A DNA stretch of 64,000 bases. It comes from Guillardia theta CCMP2712. Its lineage: Eukaryota > Protista > Cryptophyta. A program made the position numbers and the translations under genes. The stretch covers positions 820,645-884,644 of the forward strand of contig NW_005434656.1 of assembly GCF_000315625.1 (NCBI RefSeq), in the 5' to 3' direction. Position 1 is the stretch's first letter; every line of letters starts with the position of its first letter. The notes under the pieces were generated by a model. The model was not told the DNA's origin and made no database searches. It saw only the letters and a list, made by a program, of their open reading frames with translations. Of the stretch, positions 61,465 to 64,000 are shown one piece after another.

Positions 61465-63769
61465 CCCCCCTCCCCCTCCCCCGTTCCTCCATGTCTCCGT
61501 CGCTCTCTCTCACTCGTTGATTTCTGTCTGGCTCATTTCTGGCTCTAGGCGCTCGACCTCCACCTCCACCAAGAGAAGAGCGTACAAGGAGGCGCGGAGA
61601 GCGGTTCTCTATGCTGCCATGCTCATCGCCATCCTCTCTTTCTCCTACCTCTACCTTGTCAACAAGACCAAGTCGCACGGCTCCAGACACTCTCCCAAGG
61701 CTCAGGGGCGCACACAAGGCAAGCCAGAAGGCAGCAGCGATCCTTTCAGAAGCTGCAGGGCCCTCTACGGCGAGCTGGTCGGGAGTCCCGGCACGCCGCA
61801 GTATCATGCAAGCTTTGCCAGCTCAATGTCTCAGGTGACGAGCTGCCGAGTGTACGAGGACAGTGACGAGCAGGGTCAAGGTGTTTCGAGGCCCCGTCCA
61901 TGCTCTGCTGGAACAGTCAATGAGCGAGAGGGAGGGGGTGGAGGACCAAGACGAGGAGGATGCGGATGAGGAGAGTGGCGCAGGAAACATCCTGATACAA
62001 GTCGACTCACTCTTGCGCAAGTCTGTGCTGCTGGCAGTCTGGGAGAAGTTGAGCATCCTTGCGTCTTCCAGTGGGAGAAAGCAGGGCGAGCATGGGAGGA
62101 TAACGACACAGGAAGCGCTTCGTCTGCAGTCAGATATCTCACCCTTCAACGTCCCCCTCCTCTTCCCTTCTTTTTTTGCTCCGCTCTCCTCCTCCCACAA
62201 TACTTTCCTTCTTTCCCTTCCCTCCTCCGACCTCCTCTCCTCCGCCCTCCTCTCCTCCGCCCTCCTCTCCTCCGCCCTCCTCTCCTCCGCCCTCCTCTCC
62301 TCCGCCCTCGTGTCCTCCGCCCTCCTGTCCTCCCAGCTCCTGTCCTCCCTCCATTCTGCGTCATCCTATCGGTCGTGGCGGGACAGGTCCTCGCTTGTTG
62401 ATTCGTCAACTGGCTTGGGTTTTCGCTGGAGTGTGCTACATTGGATTCAACTTGGGGCATTCTGCCTGTGCTGTAATGCTCCTCCCTTGTCAAGTCGACG
62501 CTCTCTGATGTTTCCCTGGAGATACTTTTGGGAGCTTCGCATGTCAGCCTCTTGTCTGTGGTCGGTCTTTTGTCTTGTCTGTGTTGAACCTCAAAAGCGT
62601 TGAAGGAGATCAGCGAGGAGTGCTGGGTGGCGACTGCGGAGAAAGTGATGCAGCGACGTCTTTCCCTCTCCTGCTTCTGTTCCACCTCCACCAACTCCAC
62701 CACCTCCTCCTCCACCACCACCACCTCCTCCACCTCCTCCACCACTCGGTGACCTCCTCCTCCACCACCATCACCACCTTTTCTTGCTTCTTCACCTGCT
62801 CCTCCCATTCTCACTTTGTGCTCCCCCCCCTAATGTTTCTCCTCCTCCTGCTTCTCCAGCTAGAGCTTCTCATGCTTCTCCTTTTCGTCCTCTCCTTCCT
62901 GTCCCCTCTTCCTTACAAGCATCGGCAGGCTGTCCGAGCATTGTTCCATGACAGGTGATGACCATGCCTTTCCCCTCCTCTCCTCCATCTTGTTCATCCC
63001 CTCTGGGAGCAGGTTCCAGCTTCACTACGGAGATTCCTTGAAGATCCTCCCTGAGCTGACCAGGACTGATTCGCTCAGCTGCAACCTGTCTGAGTCCTCC
63101 CTGCTTGCTCCACTCTCACACCCTCTTGCTTGCTCTCAGGTTCAGAGTCGACGGCGACCACAAGCCTCCTGCTCCTGCCCTTGACCTCCGCAACGCTCTC
63201 ACGTCTCGCTCACGCCTCCCGCTGCAGACCTCACGCTCCCACGCAGGGCTCTTAGCGGACCTTCTCTCCTCTGGATGGACGACGTGGGATGTCCTGGCTG
63301 GAACTGTGTGGAGCCAACAAGCACTTGGCGCCGTGCGGTCGAGGAGGGGCAGGTGATGTCCATGGGATGGTGGGAAACACAAGTGAGGGAAGAGGCAGGT
63401 CGAACAGATCGAGTGCCAGGTCGAGGATGAGACGCACGGCTACTGTGTCGGCAGAGCAACAGGTTGGGGAAGGGCGAGCTAGCAGAGCAGAGATATGCTC
63501 GGGGGAGGGAGCAGGGGGCGGGGAGGAATGGAGAGGGCATCTGGAAAGAATCAGCATATTCATGGTAAGATGACACATTGAAAGAGAGCCATCTGTCGCT
63601 CCCACTGTTGTCCGTCCTCCTGTACAATCCGCACGACCCAGAAGCTAGCTCAAGAAGCCGCAGCAACGATCCTCCAATGGTGTCAAGTTGCACTGGTCCC
63701 TCAAGGCCAGCATTTCCCTCTGCCCTCGTTGACTACAAAATTTCCCTTGACTCTCTGCCCGTCTCGTAA
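61465..63769 (+). CDS. Type II membrane class I SAM methyltransferase-like protein (Methyltransf_24-like); start probably in or near the gap
   Basis: TM AVLYAAMLIAILSFSYLYLV; exonic VCYIGFNLGHSA, FQLHYGDSLKILPEL, SCNL..FRVDGDH...DLRNA, WMDDV. Confidence 0.6.
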
Positions 63770-63792
63770 CCCCTGCAAAGTTGAGAGGATGC

Positions 63793-64000
63793 TCATGAAG
63801 ACTTGATCTTCTTAGCCTTACAGGAAGTGTCAGCAACCGGTGGGGCCCAACGGCTGGTTGTACCTCCTCCTTAGCGTGTCCCTGCGCGAGGTTGTTGATA
63901 ACGTCCATCACCTGGCGGGCCCGGTAAGTCTTCAGGAGGAGGAGGAGGAGGAGGAGAGAAAATCTCACGAAGTAGAGAATGAGGCCGGTGACAAAGTAGT
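63793..64000 (-). CDS. 3' end of an unidentified gene
   Basis: QVMDVINNLAQGHAKEE|AKKIKSS* via a plausible GT-AG intron. Confidence 0.35.

Overview
GC-rich, intron-rich eukaryotic nuclear DNA. The short (~45-110 nt) GT-AG introns and bipartite SP+Phe plastid-targeting leaders suggest a cryptophyte alga such as Guillardia theta (inference). Nearly half the window (2583-32101, minus strand) is one giant spliced gene that the ORF track splits into about 10 pieces. It encodes a secreted protein of roughly 9,000-9,500 aa: signal peptide, a long IPT/TIG array containing a near-identical 918-bp tandem repeat, about 20 bacterial-type cadherin-like 'PVNDPPxF...DDGG' repeats, a LamG domain, EAR/EPTP and lactonase-type propellers, and a terminal beta-propeller with no membrane anchor. 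The rest holds a CCB2-like gene, an RPxTA-repeat protein, an apparently truncated acylated 5'-nucleotidase, a Cys-rich type I membrane protein, a RluB-like pseudouridine synthase, NFU1, a CHRD-LysM protein, NDK, a cluster of three small intronless paralogues of an unrecognised family, a lumen-targeted stand-alone LTO1-type thioredoxin domain, and a divergent glycosyltransferase-like/methyltransferase-like pair. There are four N gaps. All family calls come from motif recognition by eye, not database searches.
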